Source: Desulfosudaceae bacterium
Lineage (GTDB): Bacteria; Desulfobacterota; Desulfobacteria; Desulfobacterales; Desulfosudaceae
DNA: 64,000 nucleotides
Reading direction: 5' to 3'
NCBI GenBank assembly: GCA_963674745.2
Contig: CAXXDV010000001.1
Coordinates: 480,001 to 544,000, forward strand
This document shows, piece after piece, positions 20,177-29,007 of this stretch (positions within the stretch are counted from its first letter, which is position 1; each line of letters starts with the position of its first letter). The translations under genes and the position numbers were made by a program. The notes beneath the pieces were generated by a model, which was given only the letters and a program-made list of their open reading frames with translations, had not been told where the DNA came from and did not search any database.

Positions 20177-21394
20177 ATGGCATTCAAAGGTCTGATTCCC
20201 GGCTGGTTTCCCACCAAAGAAATGGCCCGTTCACGGGTAATGGAGATCGCCCCGGATATCTGGGAGGTGGAAGGGTATCTTTCTTCCCAGTTCTTTTTGA
20301 AACCGCCCTCGTGCAACTGCTTTGTGCTTCGGGACAAGGATCTGGTGCTGCTGGTGGATACCGGCACCTACGCCTTTTACCGCAGGCCCATATTGGATAT
20401 TCTTGAGCGATACAAAAAGGACGGGGCAAAACGGCTGGTCCTGATGCTGACCCAGGGTCATTTTGATCACGTGGCCAACAATGATCTCATTCTCGAGGCC
20501 GGATACGACGAGGTCCGCTTTCTGCTGCCCGAGGCCGAAGTATCCACCATCGACCTGTGGGGCCACTGGACCGGTGAATATCTTGAGCTGACCGAATATT
20601 ACGACCCCTATTGCCAGATGCCCATGGCCTTTCCCACGGCCGTGCCCAACCTGGCCGGGCACATCTCCCCGGCCCTGGCCCAGAAATTAATCGAAAAAAA
20701 CCTGCGCCACATGTTCCGGGGGATTAACACCCTGGCCGACCGGGCCGAAATTTTGACCAATGACAGCCGGATTTCACGTACTTTCGGAGACGTCACTTTT
20801 CAGGGGTGGGAAATCGGCCGTTTTTTCGCGATCCATGACGCCACCCACAGCCCCGGCCACCTGTCGTTTTACGATCCCGAACACAAGGTTTTCCTGACCG
20901 GTGACGCCACCCTGGAGATCAACCCGGCTTTTTTCAACTCCAGCCTCAACACCTGCATCGACATGATGGACAAGTTCGCCCGCTTTGCCGAGCAGGGCTT
21001 TGTGGAGCTGGCCACCGACGCCCACCGCTCGGTCATCTGGGCCGAACGCCTGGCCGATGACCTGAAGTATTCGGCCGCCGATCCCATCCAGGAGGTGGAC
21101 GCTCTGGAGGGTAAAGACAAGTGCATTACCTTTTACCGTTTTTTCGAAGCTTACTACAAGGTGATGAAAGAGACGGTCATTTCCGACCTGTCCCGCCTGG
21201 GATCGGCCACCGTGCCCCAGTTGGTGGAAGAGTTCAAGGGCTGCACCCACCCCTATGCCCGCTTCAAGGTGGCCGCCAAATTTCCCCGGCTGCCTTCCCG
21301 GCTGGACGTAATGGTGGCCAATATACTCAAAGAGGCCGAAATCCCGTCCAGACGAAGGGGCACGGACATCATTTTTTCACCGAAAGAAAAATGA
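20177..21394 (+). CDS. Metallo-beta-lactamase-fold hydrolase
   Basis: LVDTG, TQGHFDH (variant of THxHxDH), HSPGH, TGDA. Confidence 0.82.
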   Translation: MAFKGLIPGWFPTKEMARSRVMEIAPDIWEVEGYLSSQFFLKPPSCNCFVLRDKDLVLLVDTGTYAFYRRPILDILERYKKDGAKRLVLMLTQGHFDHVANNDLILEAGYDEVRFLLPEAEVSTIDLWGHWTGEYLELTEYYDPYCQMPMAFPTAVPNLAGHISPALAQKLIEKNLRHMFRGINTLADRAEILTNDSRISRTFGDVTFQGWEIGRFFAIHDATHSPGHLSFYDPEHKVFLTGDATLEINPAFFNSSLNTCIDMMDKFARFAEQGFVELATDAHRSVIWAERLADDLKYSAADPIQEVDALEGKDKCITFYRFFEAYYKVMKETVISDLSRLGSATVPQLVEEFKGCTHPYARFKVAAKFPRLPSRLDVMVANILKEAEIPSRRRGTDIIFSPKEK

Positions 21395-21422
21395 CCCGAA
21401 AGGTCGGAGAGAGATGTCCGGG

Positions 21423-22826
21423 TTAACGGGTTGCACGGGTTTCCCGGTAATCGCTCAGCGCTTTTCGTATGTTGTCGATCAGGTCTTTGGGAAACTGCTT
21501 TCCGGCCAGTTTCCGCTCGACCGCTCTTCCCGCTGTTTCAATGGCCTGTTGATCTTCGGGTGACAAGGTCACGGCCTTTATACCACATTTGGTTTCAAAG
21601 GCTTCCAGGCTTTTTGCTTCGTATCTTCTGATCATCTCCTTCCACTCAGGTTCAACAGCGTTTAGTTCGGAGACAAACATTTCCAGGATATTTTTAGCGC
21701 AGGTATCAGAGACACCTATATCTTTTCGAAGCCGGGCCCGTATGCTGGAGCTGACCAGCACCGACCCCGGAACATAAAAAACCGAGGGCTTAAGGTAGAA
21801 ATTCGTGTACTGGTAGGTCTGCATGCCCAGCATATAGGCCGGGGGCGACAGATTAACGATTTCCTGGCCCGGGCGGAAAAAGCTAATAACATCATCCATA
21901 GATACAGACGTTACGTTGCTTATGCCCAGCGCCTGATAAAAAGGAGGCTCTATGTCGTTGTAAAGCATTAAAATCTTCTCTTTTTTCAAGTCCGCCAGGC
22001 CGGATACCCTGTTTACTGAAAACCAATATAAATTACCGGTATCAACAAGGGCACACAGAATGTAGCCGTTTTCCTCAAAAGCCCGGTCCAGCGTTTTTCT
22101 GAACGTTTTTAAGATGAAATCAACTTCTTCGTAATTCTTGAACAGGCCGGGCAGCGACAATACAGAAGAAACGGAAGATGCTTCCAGCATACCAATGACG
22201 GTGCAGCCGCAACTGTCGAGCTGGCCGTCTTTCATTTTTTCCAGAACATCCAGGTCGTCTCCCATGACCCCGCCGCCGTAAATTTTGATTAAAACTTTTC
22301 CCCCGGTCAGCTTCTTAATTCTGGGAAAAATGATGTTTTCGGGCACATTCATCCAGGGTGTGCCCGGGGGCGCAAGGGTGCCGACTGTCAACACCATCGG
22401 CTCTTTGTTCTGGAGTGGCGACGTGGCAGCACGCCAAATGATGATTTTAGCCGCTTCCCACGCCATGTGGGGGGAAAAGAGGGGGTTAAAGCGCTCTGAA
22501 ACATCGTTTAAAACGTATCGGGATGTTTGATAGCGATTTAGTAAAGGCATGGCCGTCTTTTCAATCATGCTTTCAAGGACCGCTGTTGTTATGGTGCCGT
22601 TTGACAGCATGGCTTTCATTGCCTGCTGGCGCTGCTTTAATTCAACAGGAAATTCCCGACCGGTCCACAATGCAATCAGGCTGTCCTGCAGTATGCTTTG
22701 AAATTTTTCGGCGGTTTTTTCTTCTGCCGCGGCAGCAAGGGGTTGTCCGGCGATAGCCGCAATTGTAAGCGCGGCAATGATTGTCAACAGGCTTGTCTTG
22801 AATGAATACAAACGAATAAAAAACAT
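21423..22826 (-). CDS. dctP: TRAP transporter substrate-binding protein DctP (TPAT-like) with N-terminal extension
   Basis: Signal peptide; GTLAPPGTPW, KIYGGGVMGD, LPGLFKNYEEVD. Confidence 0.8.
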   Translation of the reverse strand: MFFIRLYSFKTSLLTIIAALTIAAIAGQPLAAAAEEKTAEKFQSILQDSLIALWTGREFPVELKQRQQAMKAMLSNGTITTAVLESMIEKTAMPLLNRYQTSRYVLNDVSERFNPLFSPHMAWEAAKIIIWRAATSPLQNKEPMVLTVGTLAPPGTPWMNVPENIIFPRIKKLTGGKVLIKIYGGGVMGDDLDVLEKMKDGQLDSCGCTVIGMLEASSVSSVLSLPGLFKNYEEVDFILKTFRKTLDRAFEENGYILCALVDTGNLYWFSVNRVSGLADLKKEKILMLYNDIEPPFYQALGISNVTSVSMDDVISFFRPGQEIVNLSPPAYMLGMQTYQYTNFYLKPSVFYVPGSVLVSSSIRARLRKDIGVSDTCAKNILEMFVSELNAVEPEWKEMIRRYEAKSLEAFETKCGIKAVTLSPEDQQAIETAGRAVERKLAGKQFPKDLIDNIRKALSDYRETRATR

Positions 22827-22941
22827 CTTTTTCCGTTATCTATTGTGTTAAAAATCGAAACCGATCATCCTCCGGAAACGCCACCCACATGGACCGCCAT
22901 AGCGGCAGCCCGGCAAAGCATTTGAGAAATACTTGTATTAT

Positions 22942-23238
22942 CTATATCATTCCGTAAATCGACAAATGAATTTCAACAAGCATTTTCATTGTAATAAAGA
23001 ACCAGATTACCGTTAGTCCGGCAGACAAAAGGAATATGGATAACCAGCGGAAAAAAGGAACCCGTTTCTTAAATAACTGTTTATTAACCCATACAAATGA
23101 AAGGAGAACCATCCCCAATATTATAAGGAACTCATATTCATGCCCTGAAATTTTGAACAAAGTGATATCTATTAAGTCGATGCTCAGCCAAACACCGATA
23201 TATAATACGAATACAGAAATGTTATTTCTGGCTGCCAT
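22942..23238 (-). CDS. Small hypothetical membrane protein (~3 TM), AT-rich
   Basis: Three hydrophobic segments; start uncertain (ATG 23238 chosen). Confidence 0.4.
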   Translation of the reverse strand: MAARNNISVFVLYIGVWLSIDLIDITLFKISGHEYEFLIILGMVLLSFVWVNKQLFKKRVPFFRWLSIFLLSAGLTVIWFFITMKMLVEIHLSIYGMI

Positions 23239-23384
23239 CCGTGAGGTTTCGCCATGTTTTTTAAAGGGGCCAAGGGCTCGAGCACTTGCCCCCTCGAATC
23301 CTTGGCCCCTTTCAAACGCCATCGACTGAACTGAAAAAACCATGTCATCCCTTTACTGCGACTGACCGGAATATGAGTATATTT

Positions 23385-24464
23385 TTAATACCCGGCATTT
23401 TTCAAACGATTGGCATGCTGACGGTACAGTTCCACCTCGTTAAAGAAAGGATTGGTCATTTCCCAGAGCAGGTTGGTCTCATCCAGGTGGTTCATGGGGT
23501 AGTTATCGCGAATCACTTTGCCCCAGTGGGATTCAGGGGCATTTACCAGGCCATCTGTCTGGATGGGCTCACCGGAGAGGGTGCCTATGGTGGCAGCGGC
23601 CAGCAGGGCGGCATCAGAAGGATCAAGCGGGTTTGTCAACACCTGGGTGCCCGACCAGGAGTAATATCCGATTCCGTTTTCACCCACTTCAGGCCCCTGG
23701 CCGCCCCAGCGGTCCGGTCGACCGATGGAGTAGAGGCGGTTGAAATATTCCTTGCGCTCATCAAAACCACTGTCGGCAGCAGCATCAACGGGAAAACCGT
23801 AAAGCTCGTAGGCGCTGTTTACAGCCTGCTGGGAAACCCTGGCCGCCTCCCTTAAGGAAGCCAGGTCGGAATTAACATCACTTGTTCCTTGCGGTACGGT
23901 CCAGCGAATGCCGCCGGCATCCATAAAAATCAGCTCGGTCAACTGGCAATCGATGCCGCACGAAAAATCAACGGGATTCGGCGGGTTCGGGTTGTCCCGG
24001 TCATCGGTATCGTTTGACCCGCCCACTGTACTGACGGACGCGACCAGGTCCGGTCGGACAGCGGCCACATACCTGGATGTCGGCGCGCCGAAACTGTGAC
24101 CGATGAGATTGAACTTTTGATGACCTTTCAAGGCCCTGATGAAATCAAGCTCATGAATAAGTTGTTCGCCGCGGATTTCCGGGGAATTGAGCGCGGAAAC
24201 CTGCGCCACGTAAACGGTTCCGCCGCTGCGCATGATTTCATACGGAATAGTGGGCCAGTAATCGGTATCAAGAAAGCCAACAATATCCGTGTTGTCAAAC
24301 CCCATACTGCCGTGCACCAGCACCATCGGATAAGCTGTTTTGGTGTATGTATCGGGCGGCGGCGGGGTTGGCCCGAAGGCAAACGCCGTATACGAAACAA
24401 GCATGGTGGTCAGGGTAAACAACATAGCGATGACTGTTTTTTTGATCAAGGATTCTGCTTTCAT
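23385..24464 (-). CDS. lipA: Secreted triacylglycerol lipase, Pseudomonas/Burkholderia family I type
   Basis: YTKTAYPMVLVHG, RGEQL, NLIGHSFG nucleophile, RYVAAVRPDLVASV, DGLV, MNHLDE, YRQHANRLKNAG; 29-aa signal + PTPPPP. Confidence 0.9.
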   Translation of the reverse strand: MKAESLIKKTVIAMLFTLTTMLVSYTAFAFGPTPPPPDTYTKTAYPMVLVHGSMGFDNTDIVGFLDTDYWPTIPYEIMRSGGTVYVAQVSALNSPEIRGEQLIHELDFIRALKGHQKFNLIGHSFGAPTSRYVAAVRPDLVASVSTVGGSNDTDDRDNPNPPNPVDFSCGIDCQLTELIFMDAGGIRWTVPQGTSDVNSDLASLREAARVSQQAVNSAYELYGFPVDAAADSGFDERKEYFNRLYSIGRPDRWGGQGPEVGENGIGYYSWSGTQVLTNPLDPSDAALLAAATIGTLSGEPIQTDGLVNAPESHWGKVIRDNYPMNHLDETNLLWEMTNPFFNEVELYRQHANRLKNAGY

Positions 24465-24479
24465 TCGGGTGGTTCCCCT

Positions 24480-25574
24480 TTAATTTTCGTTGTTATGATT
24501 TTTTACGCGATACCGTTCAATCACGGCCACACGCATTCGCTCTGTTTCGGAAAACGCGCTGGCCTTTATTTCTTCTATCAACTCTTTTTTGTCGCCTTCG
24601 GGCCAGTCGGCGGCATTAATCTGATCCACCTCTTCAAAGAAATCGTTCAAACGGGACTTCCATACGCGGTTTCTTTCATCCAGCGCTGCCATCCGCTGGG
24701 CTGCATCATACCCGTAATCGGCCAGCCGCCTGTCATACAGTTCGTCATCGGACAGCGACTCTTCCTGCCAGGCTTTTTCTTTGTTTATAGACCCACTCAC
24801 CTGTTCGTGATTGCGGATGATCTCCTGCTGCATTTCCGGCAATTGGCTTCTCAGTTCCTCTATCCGGCGTTGTTTTTCTTCGTCCGGCAAATCCGCAAGG
24901 CTCAGTTCCAGGCGGGCGATATTGTAGGCCTGGTAATTTTCCTCACTTTCAAAAAACACATCGCTGTATTCCTGACCGAAGTGACGCTTACGGGCTTCCG
25001 CCAGGTACGCATGATATGCTTTCAGGTAATCAACCAGATCCCGGCCGTAAATATTATATACATCCGTGTTATCAGAAGCCCCGTATTCTGCCAGATCCCG
25101 GTTATAGGCCATAAACTTCTGCAGCAGCGCCCGTGCCTGTTCGGCCGCCTTGGGTGAAAGCTTGCTGTCAAGATACTGCTCCATATTGGCGGCAATCTGT
25201 TCGGGTGTTTTTTCGCCAAGCGCTGAAAAAAAATAATCAAAGAGGTCCTTAAAACCGATGTCTACAACCAGGTTGCCGTTTTTGTCCTCCTGCAACCGGC
25301 CGTCGATTTCCGTGTCATGCTGGGACGGTGATATCAGCGCTGACGCCGGCAAAGGACGTTCTGCCGGAGGCGCCTGGTCAGTCGGAAGCGGGGTGGTTTT
25401 CTTTTCTTCTATGGGCACCGGGCTTGAAAGCGCGTTCGCAGGTAAATCAAGAGAGGCTTGTTTGGCGGGTATAGGCGACGGTGAGTCGCTTTGCATCCAG
25501 TATATCAAGCCGGCAATAATAAAAAATACGGCAGACGCGGATAAAAAATATTTTATTTTTTCCTTAAAAATCAT
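24480..25574 (-). CDS. Lipase-specific foldase (Lif/LimK chaperone)
   Basis: N-terminal TM anchor, Pro-rich linker, TEIDGRLQEDKNGNLVV, KDLFDYFFSALGE Lif motif, AAQRMAALDERNRVWKSR; ATG 25574 with AGGAG RBS. Confidence 0.88.
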   Translation of the reverse strand: MIFKEKIKYFLSASAVFFIIAGLIYWMQSDSPSPIPAKQASLDLPANALSSPVPIEEKKTTPLPTDQAPPAERPLPASALISPSQHDTEIDGRLQEDKNGNLVVDIGFKDLFDYFFSALGEKTPEQIAANMEQYLDSKLSPKAAEQARALLQKFMAYNRDLAEYGASDNTDVYNIYGRDLVDYLKAYHAYLAEARKRHFGQEYSDVFFESEENYQAYNIARLELSLADLPDEEKQRRIEELRSQLPEMQQEIIRNHEQVSGSINKEKAWQEESLSDDELYDRRLADYGYDAAQRMAALDERNRVWKSRLNDFFEEVDQINAADWPEGDKKELIEEIKASAFSETERMRVAVIERYRVKNHNNEN

Positions 25575-25668
25575 GGCCACTCCTGAACCCTTTTTACGCC
25601 AGCCACGCAAACTGCTGTCCGATATTGACAATAACGCCGGGCTTCGCTAACGTTATCAGTCTTTATTT

Positions 25669-25784
25669 AGCATTAATCGTGCCAGAATAATTATATATAA
25701 ATTTCAGGCTGTTAACATTTGAGCCAAAACAATCTTGCCAAATAGCAAAAGCTTTCTTACCAAATAGCAGAGGCTCTCATATAT
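25669..25784 (-). promoter_or_regulatory. sigma54 promoter cassette P2 (foldase-lipase operon)
   Basis: TGGCACGATTAATGCT (25669-25684); TTTCAGGCTGTTA at 25702; CCAAATAGCA at 25738 and 25760. Confidence 0.88.
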
Positions 25785-25913
25785 GATAGGTTCAAGGGTG
25801 AGCATTCGCCAATGAGAATTATCGGCCGGGTCCCAGGCCAGGCAGGGAACGTATTTGTGCCGTTCTTTTAGTGACATGTTCTCTTTTTGAGCGTTTGAAT
25901 GCCGCTGAAAAAT

Positions 25914-25948
25914 TTAGGCCCCTCAAAGCATTTCTTTGAGGGGCCTAA
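25914..25948 (-). terminator. Intrinsic terminator of esterase-phosphatase operon
   Basis: Perfect 15-bp stem TTAGGCCCCTCAAAG/CTTTGAGGGGCCTAA followed by ATTTTT on minus strand. Confidence 0.75.
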
Positions 25949-25994
25949 GAGCTTTCCAGGATAGCGTTCGGCCCCAGTTCAGGCCTTTTCCGGA

Positions 25995-27014
25995 TCAGAA
26001 TATCCGACTGTAAACATCCCGCCAGTCCCAGGCAATGTCATCAGGGTCAACGGGATCAAAACCGCCACCTATTGCAAGACTGTCTTGAAGCAATTTCATG
26101 ATCTGAAATGGGATATATTCAACGCCGGAGGCAAGGGCGCCATACCCGTCTTCGCTTGCCGTGTCTCCCACCATTGCCAGGCAGTGTTCTGCGCCATAGA
26201 GATTGCGTAAAGTAGTGATTGCAGCCGCTTTGTAATCTGCGCTCTCCGCGTAGTTCAGATCTGCTTTAACAATAATCGGAACCGTTCTTGTTCCATCCGG
26301 GGAGAAATGTTTAACCATCTGGTCACGCGTCAGCGGCCTGACACTTTCAGGCTGGCCGGTAATAATGACCACATCCGCACGGTCAAGAATATCGGGGAGG
26401 ACATCTTTTACATACCAGTCCACGTAGGGCCAGTCATAGCCAAACATATTCACAAAGTCAATATAATCTAAAATCGTATTGGCTCCGCCAGTGGCGTGAA
26501 TGGTGTTGTCATGATCGGTAAATAGAACATCGGGATTCGCGCTGGTGTCATTGCTGAGAATATTCAGAACACCTTCCTGGTCTTCAGACCAGCCGTCGCG
26601 GCACTCTACTTTAGCCATGAGCCGAAGCTCAATCGGAGCCAGATCAAGAATATCAGCCGGTATATAGTTCCGCAGGCTGTCAAGTTTTGCGATACCATTA
26701 CTATTTGTTGTAAGATCCGGCCCGATCTGTATCCAGGTGTTATTACGAGGATCCTCTATTTTAAAACGTACGGTGACATCACTAATCCTTGACGCTGTAA
26801 GGTATCCTATCAACCCCCTGTAATCCTTAAGAGGCAGATAAAACGCCGTAACATTGGGTAAGATTTCACCGGGGTCGGCGCCGCTGCCGTCCCAGTTGCT
26901 GGTAAAACCATCTGAAACGACCACCCTTGTATCACTTACTCTACAGCCCGGAAAAATCATGGAAAATATTGCGATGCAAACCAAAACATAAATCAGTCTT
27001 TGGGTTATTTTCAT
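25995..27014 (-). CDS. Putative lipoprotein with C-terminal HAD-superfamily phosphatase domain (LNS2/App1-like)
   Basis: Lipobox-like IFPGC; motif I FTDHDNT, motif II IITG, motif IV VGDTASED. Confidence 0.6.
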   Translation of the reverse strand: MKITQRLIYVLVCIAIFSMIFPGCRVSDTRVVVSDGFTSNWDGSGADPGEILPNVTAFYLPLKDYRGLIGYLTASRISDVTVRFKIEDPRNNTWIQIGPDLTTNSNGIAKLDSLRNYIPADILDLAPIELRLMAKVECRDGWSEDQEGVLNILSNDTSANPDVLFTDHDNTIHATGGANTILDYIDFVNMFGYDWPYVDWYVKDVLPDILDRADVVIITGQPESVRPLTRDQMVKHFSPDGTRTVPIIVKADLNYAESADYKAAAITTLRNLYGAEHCLAMVGDTASEDGYGALASGVEYIPFQIMKLLQDSLAIGGGFDPVDPDDIAWDWRDVYSRIF

Positions 27015-27096
27015 TCTGCGTCTCCTCTTTATTCGTTATTCGTCAGATTATCTCTTTGAGTTATTATGTGTAGAACTATCTTTTATTCTAAAGGCC

Positions 27097-28812
27097 CTAA
27101 AAGATAAAACCCGACTCGGACAGGTCCTCACGAATCAGGCGAGGACTAAGTCCATCAAAGGGCTGGGCATCCCAGAATGCCCGTGTTGCACCGTCCGGAT
27201 CATTCTTCAGCCGGCTGGTTGCGTCTGAGCCTTTTGCGTTAAAAAGCATGGTCGGGCGATCACAGGTATTGTAGGGGCGCCATTCCGGCATGTTGGCATG
27301 GTTGGGATTTCCGGTTTTGGCAAACGAAGCCCAGGCGTCCATCATCTGGTTCTGAAGGCCTTGCGGAATACCATTTTCTCCGTAAAGCTCAGGCCAGCCT
27401 TCGGGATACCCCGTGACAAAGGCCAGTTCTGAACCGTGCGGCGACCCGAGGTTCAGGAAGGGATAGTCGGGAGCGGGAGGATTCCAGTCAAACCGGTAGA
27501 CAAAAACGTTGCCGGGCTGATGCGCGACTTGCGCTTCCGCCTGCCTGAGTGTGGGAATCCGCAGGAAAGCATCCGTCATCATGGCCAGAGACACAAGATT
27601 CGGCGAGATAACAAGTTCAGGATTGTAAAAGTAGTACAGGGCAATCCCCTCCGCGGCTGTTTTATTGTCAGGAATACACCTTTCAAAATAGGGAAACGCG
27701 GTCATTAGTGCCAGTGGTGTCGCAACCGGCAGCGCTAGCAGCGCGTTTTCCGCCATCCACCATCGTCCCTCGTCCTTTGTGGTTCCCACAAGCAGGGGGA
27801 TATTTGATGATCGTCCATTGGCAATGGCCTGCAGGGGCGGCTCCGGAAAGACTGTACCGTCGATAACCCCGGCATAAATGTTCTCCGGCAGAAGAGTGGT
27901 TTCCATTACCTGTTCCTGTGCGGCCATCACCTGCTGCCAGCTGAGCTGGCGCAGTTCTGCCAGGGTGTTGACTCCTGCATACTGAAAAAGCAATTCTGTT
28001 GAACGCCGGGCATAGGGTTTCCTTCGAATCGTTGAACTCCCGCCGCTCTGTCCGATCGCTTTATGAAACAGGCCTTCGGCAGCCGGCATGCCAAGAAGCG
28101 CGCACACGCTGTAACTCCCGGCGGACTCTCCAAAGATGGTTACATTATCGGGGTTTCCGCCAAAGGCGGCAATATTGTCCTGAACCCAGCGAAGGGCCAG
28201 AACCTGGTCGAGCAATGCGGCGTTGCCGCTGCCCGGAACGTCGTCAAAAAAACTGAAACCAAAGGCGCCGAGCCGGTACTCTACACTGACGACCACGACA
28301 TTCTCGCGCGCCGCCAAACGGGCACCACAGTAAAGCTTATCACCCGAGCTCTCCCATAAATAACCACCGCCATGGATCCAGAACATGACGGCCCTGTCCT
28401 GGTCATCCACCGAAGGCGTCCAGACGTTCAGGGTGAGGCAGTCCTCATCGATATTCGAGTTCATTACGTCGCTTGGTTCGATTTCCTGCTGCGGGCAGGC
28501 CGGCCCGAAATCCATTGCATCAAGTATATCTGCCCAGGATTCAGGCGGCACCGGAGGGGCAAATCTCAGCTCGCCGACAGGCGGCTTCGCATAGGGAATT
28601 CCCAGAAAAGCAACGACACCTTCATCGGCAATAAACCCTTTGACATCACCGTATATTGTCTGCGTCTGGGTTATTCCGTTTCCAATCGGCGCTGGAGGAA
28701 CAGGCTCGGGTTCAGGCGGTTCTGAGCCTTTTGCATAGGAAAACCCTGGAATCGCCAAGGAAAAAGAAATAACTGTTAACATAGCCAGAATAAAAATGGT
28801 TACATTTTTCAT
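27097..28812 (-). CDS. Secreted type-B carboxylesterase/lipase
   Basis: FLGIPYAKPPVGELRF, EDCLTLNVW, WIHGGG, FGESAG nucleophile, GTTKDEG, HGSEL; signal peptide + EPPEPEPVPPAP. Confidence 0.93.
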   Translation of the reverse strand: MKNVTIFILAMLTVISFSLAIPGFSYAKGSEPPEPEPVPPAPIGNGITQTQTIYGDVKGFIADEGVVAFLGIPYAKPPVGELRFAPPVPPESWADILDAMDFGPACPQQEIEPSDVMNSNIDEDCLTLNVWTPSVDDQDRAVMFWIHGGGYLWESSGDKLYCGARLAARENVVVVSVEYRLGAFGFSFFDDVPGSGNAALLDQVLALRWVQDNIAAFGGNPDNVTIFGESAGSYSVCALLGMPAAEGLFHKAIGQSGGSSTIRRKPYARRSTELLFQYAGVNTLAELRQLSWQQVMAAQEQVMETTLLPENIYAGVIDGTVFPEPPLQAIANGRSSNIPLLVGTTKDEGRWWMAENALLALPVATPLALMTAFPYFERCIPDNKTAAEGIALYYFYNPELVISPNLVSLAMMTDAFLRIPTLRQAEAQVAHQPGNVFVYRFDWNPPAPDYPFLNLGSPHGSELAFVTGYPEGWPELYGENGIPQGLQNQMMDAWASFAKTGNPNHANMPEWRPYNTCDRPTMLFNAKGSDATSRLKNDPDGATRAFWDAQPFDGLSPRLIREDLSESGFIF

Positions 28813-28869
28813 TTTACGCCCCCCTTTAATTAAGGACTAACTTTTATTGTATTATTCATCCATCAATAA

Positions 28870-28985
28870 AGCATTAATCGTGCCATAAAAATTACCCATA
28901 AAATTCAGAATGTTAATATTTAAACCAAAACAATACTGCCAAATAGTAAAACTCTTCTTGCCAAATAGTAAAACCTTCTCTATAT
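28870..28985 (-). promoter_or_regulatory. sigma54 promoter cassette P3
   Basis: TGGCACGATTAATGCT (28870-28885); ATTCAGAATGTTA at 28903; TGCCAAATAGTAAAAC direct repeat with 22-bp period. Confidence 0.88.
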
Positions 28986-29007
28986 GATAGATTCAAGGAT
29001 GATAATT

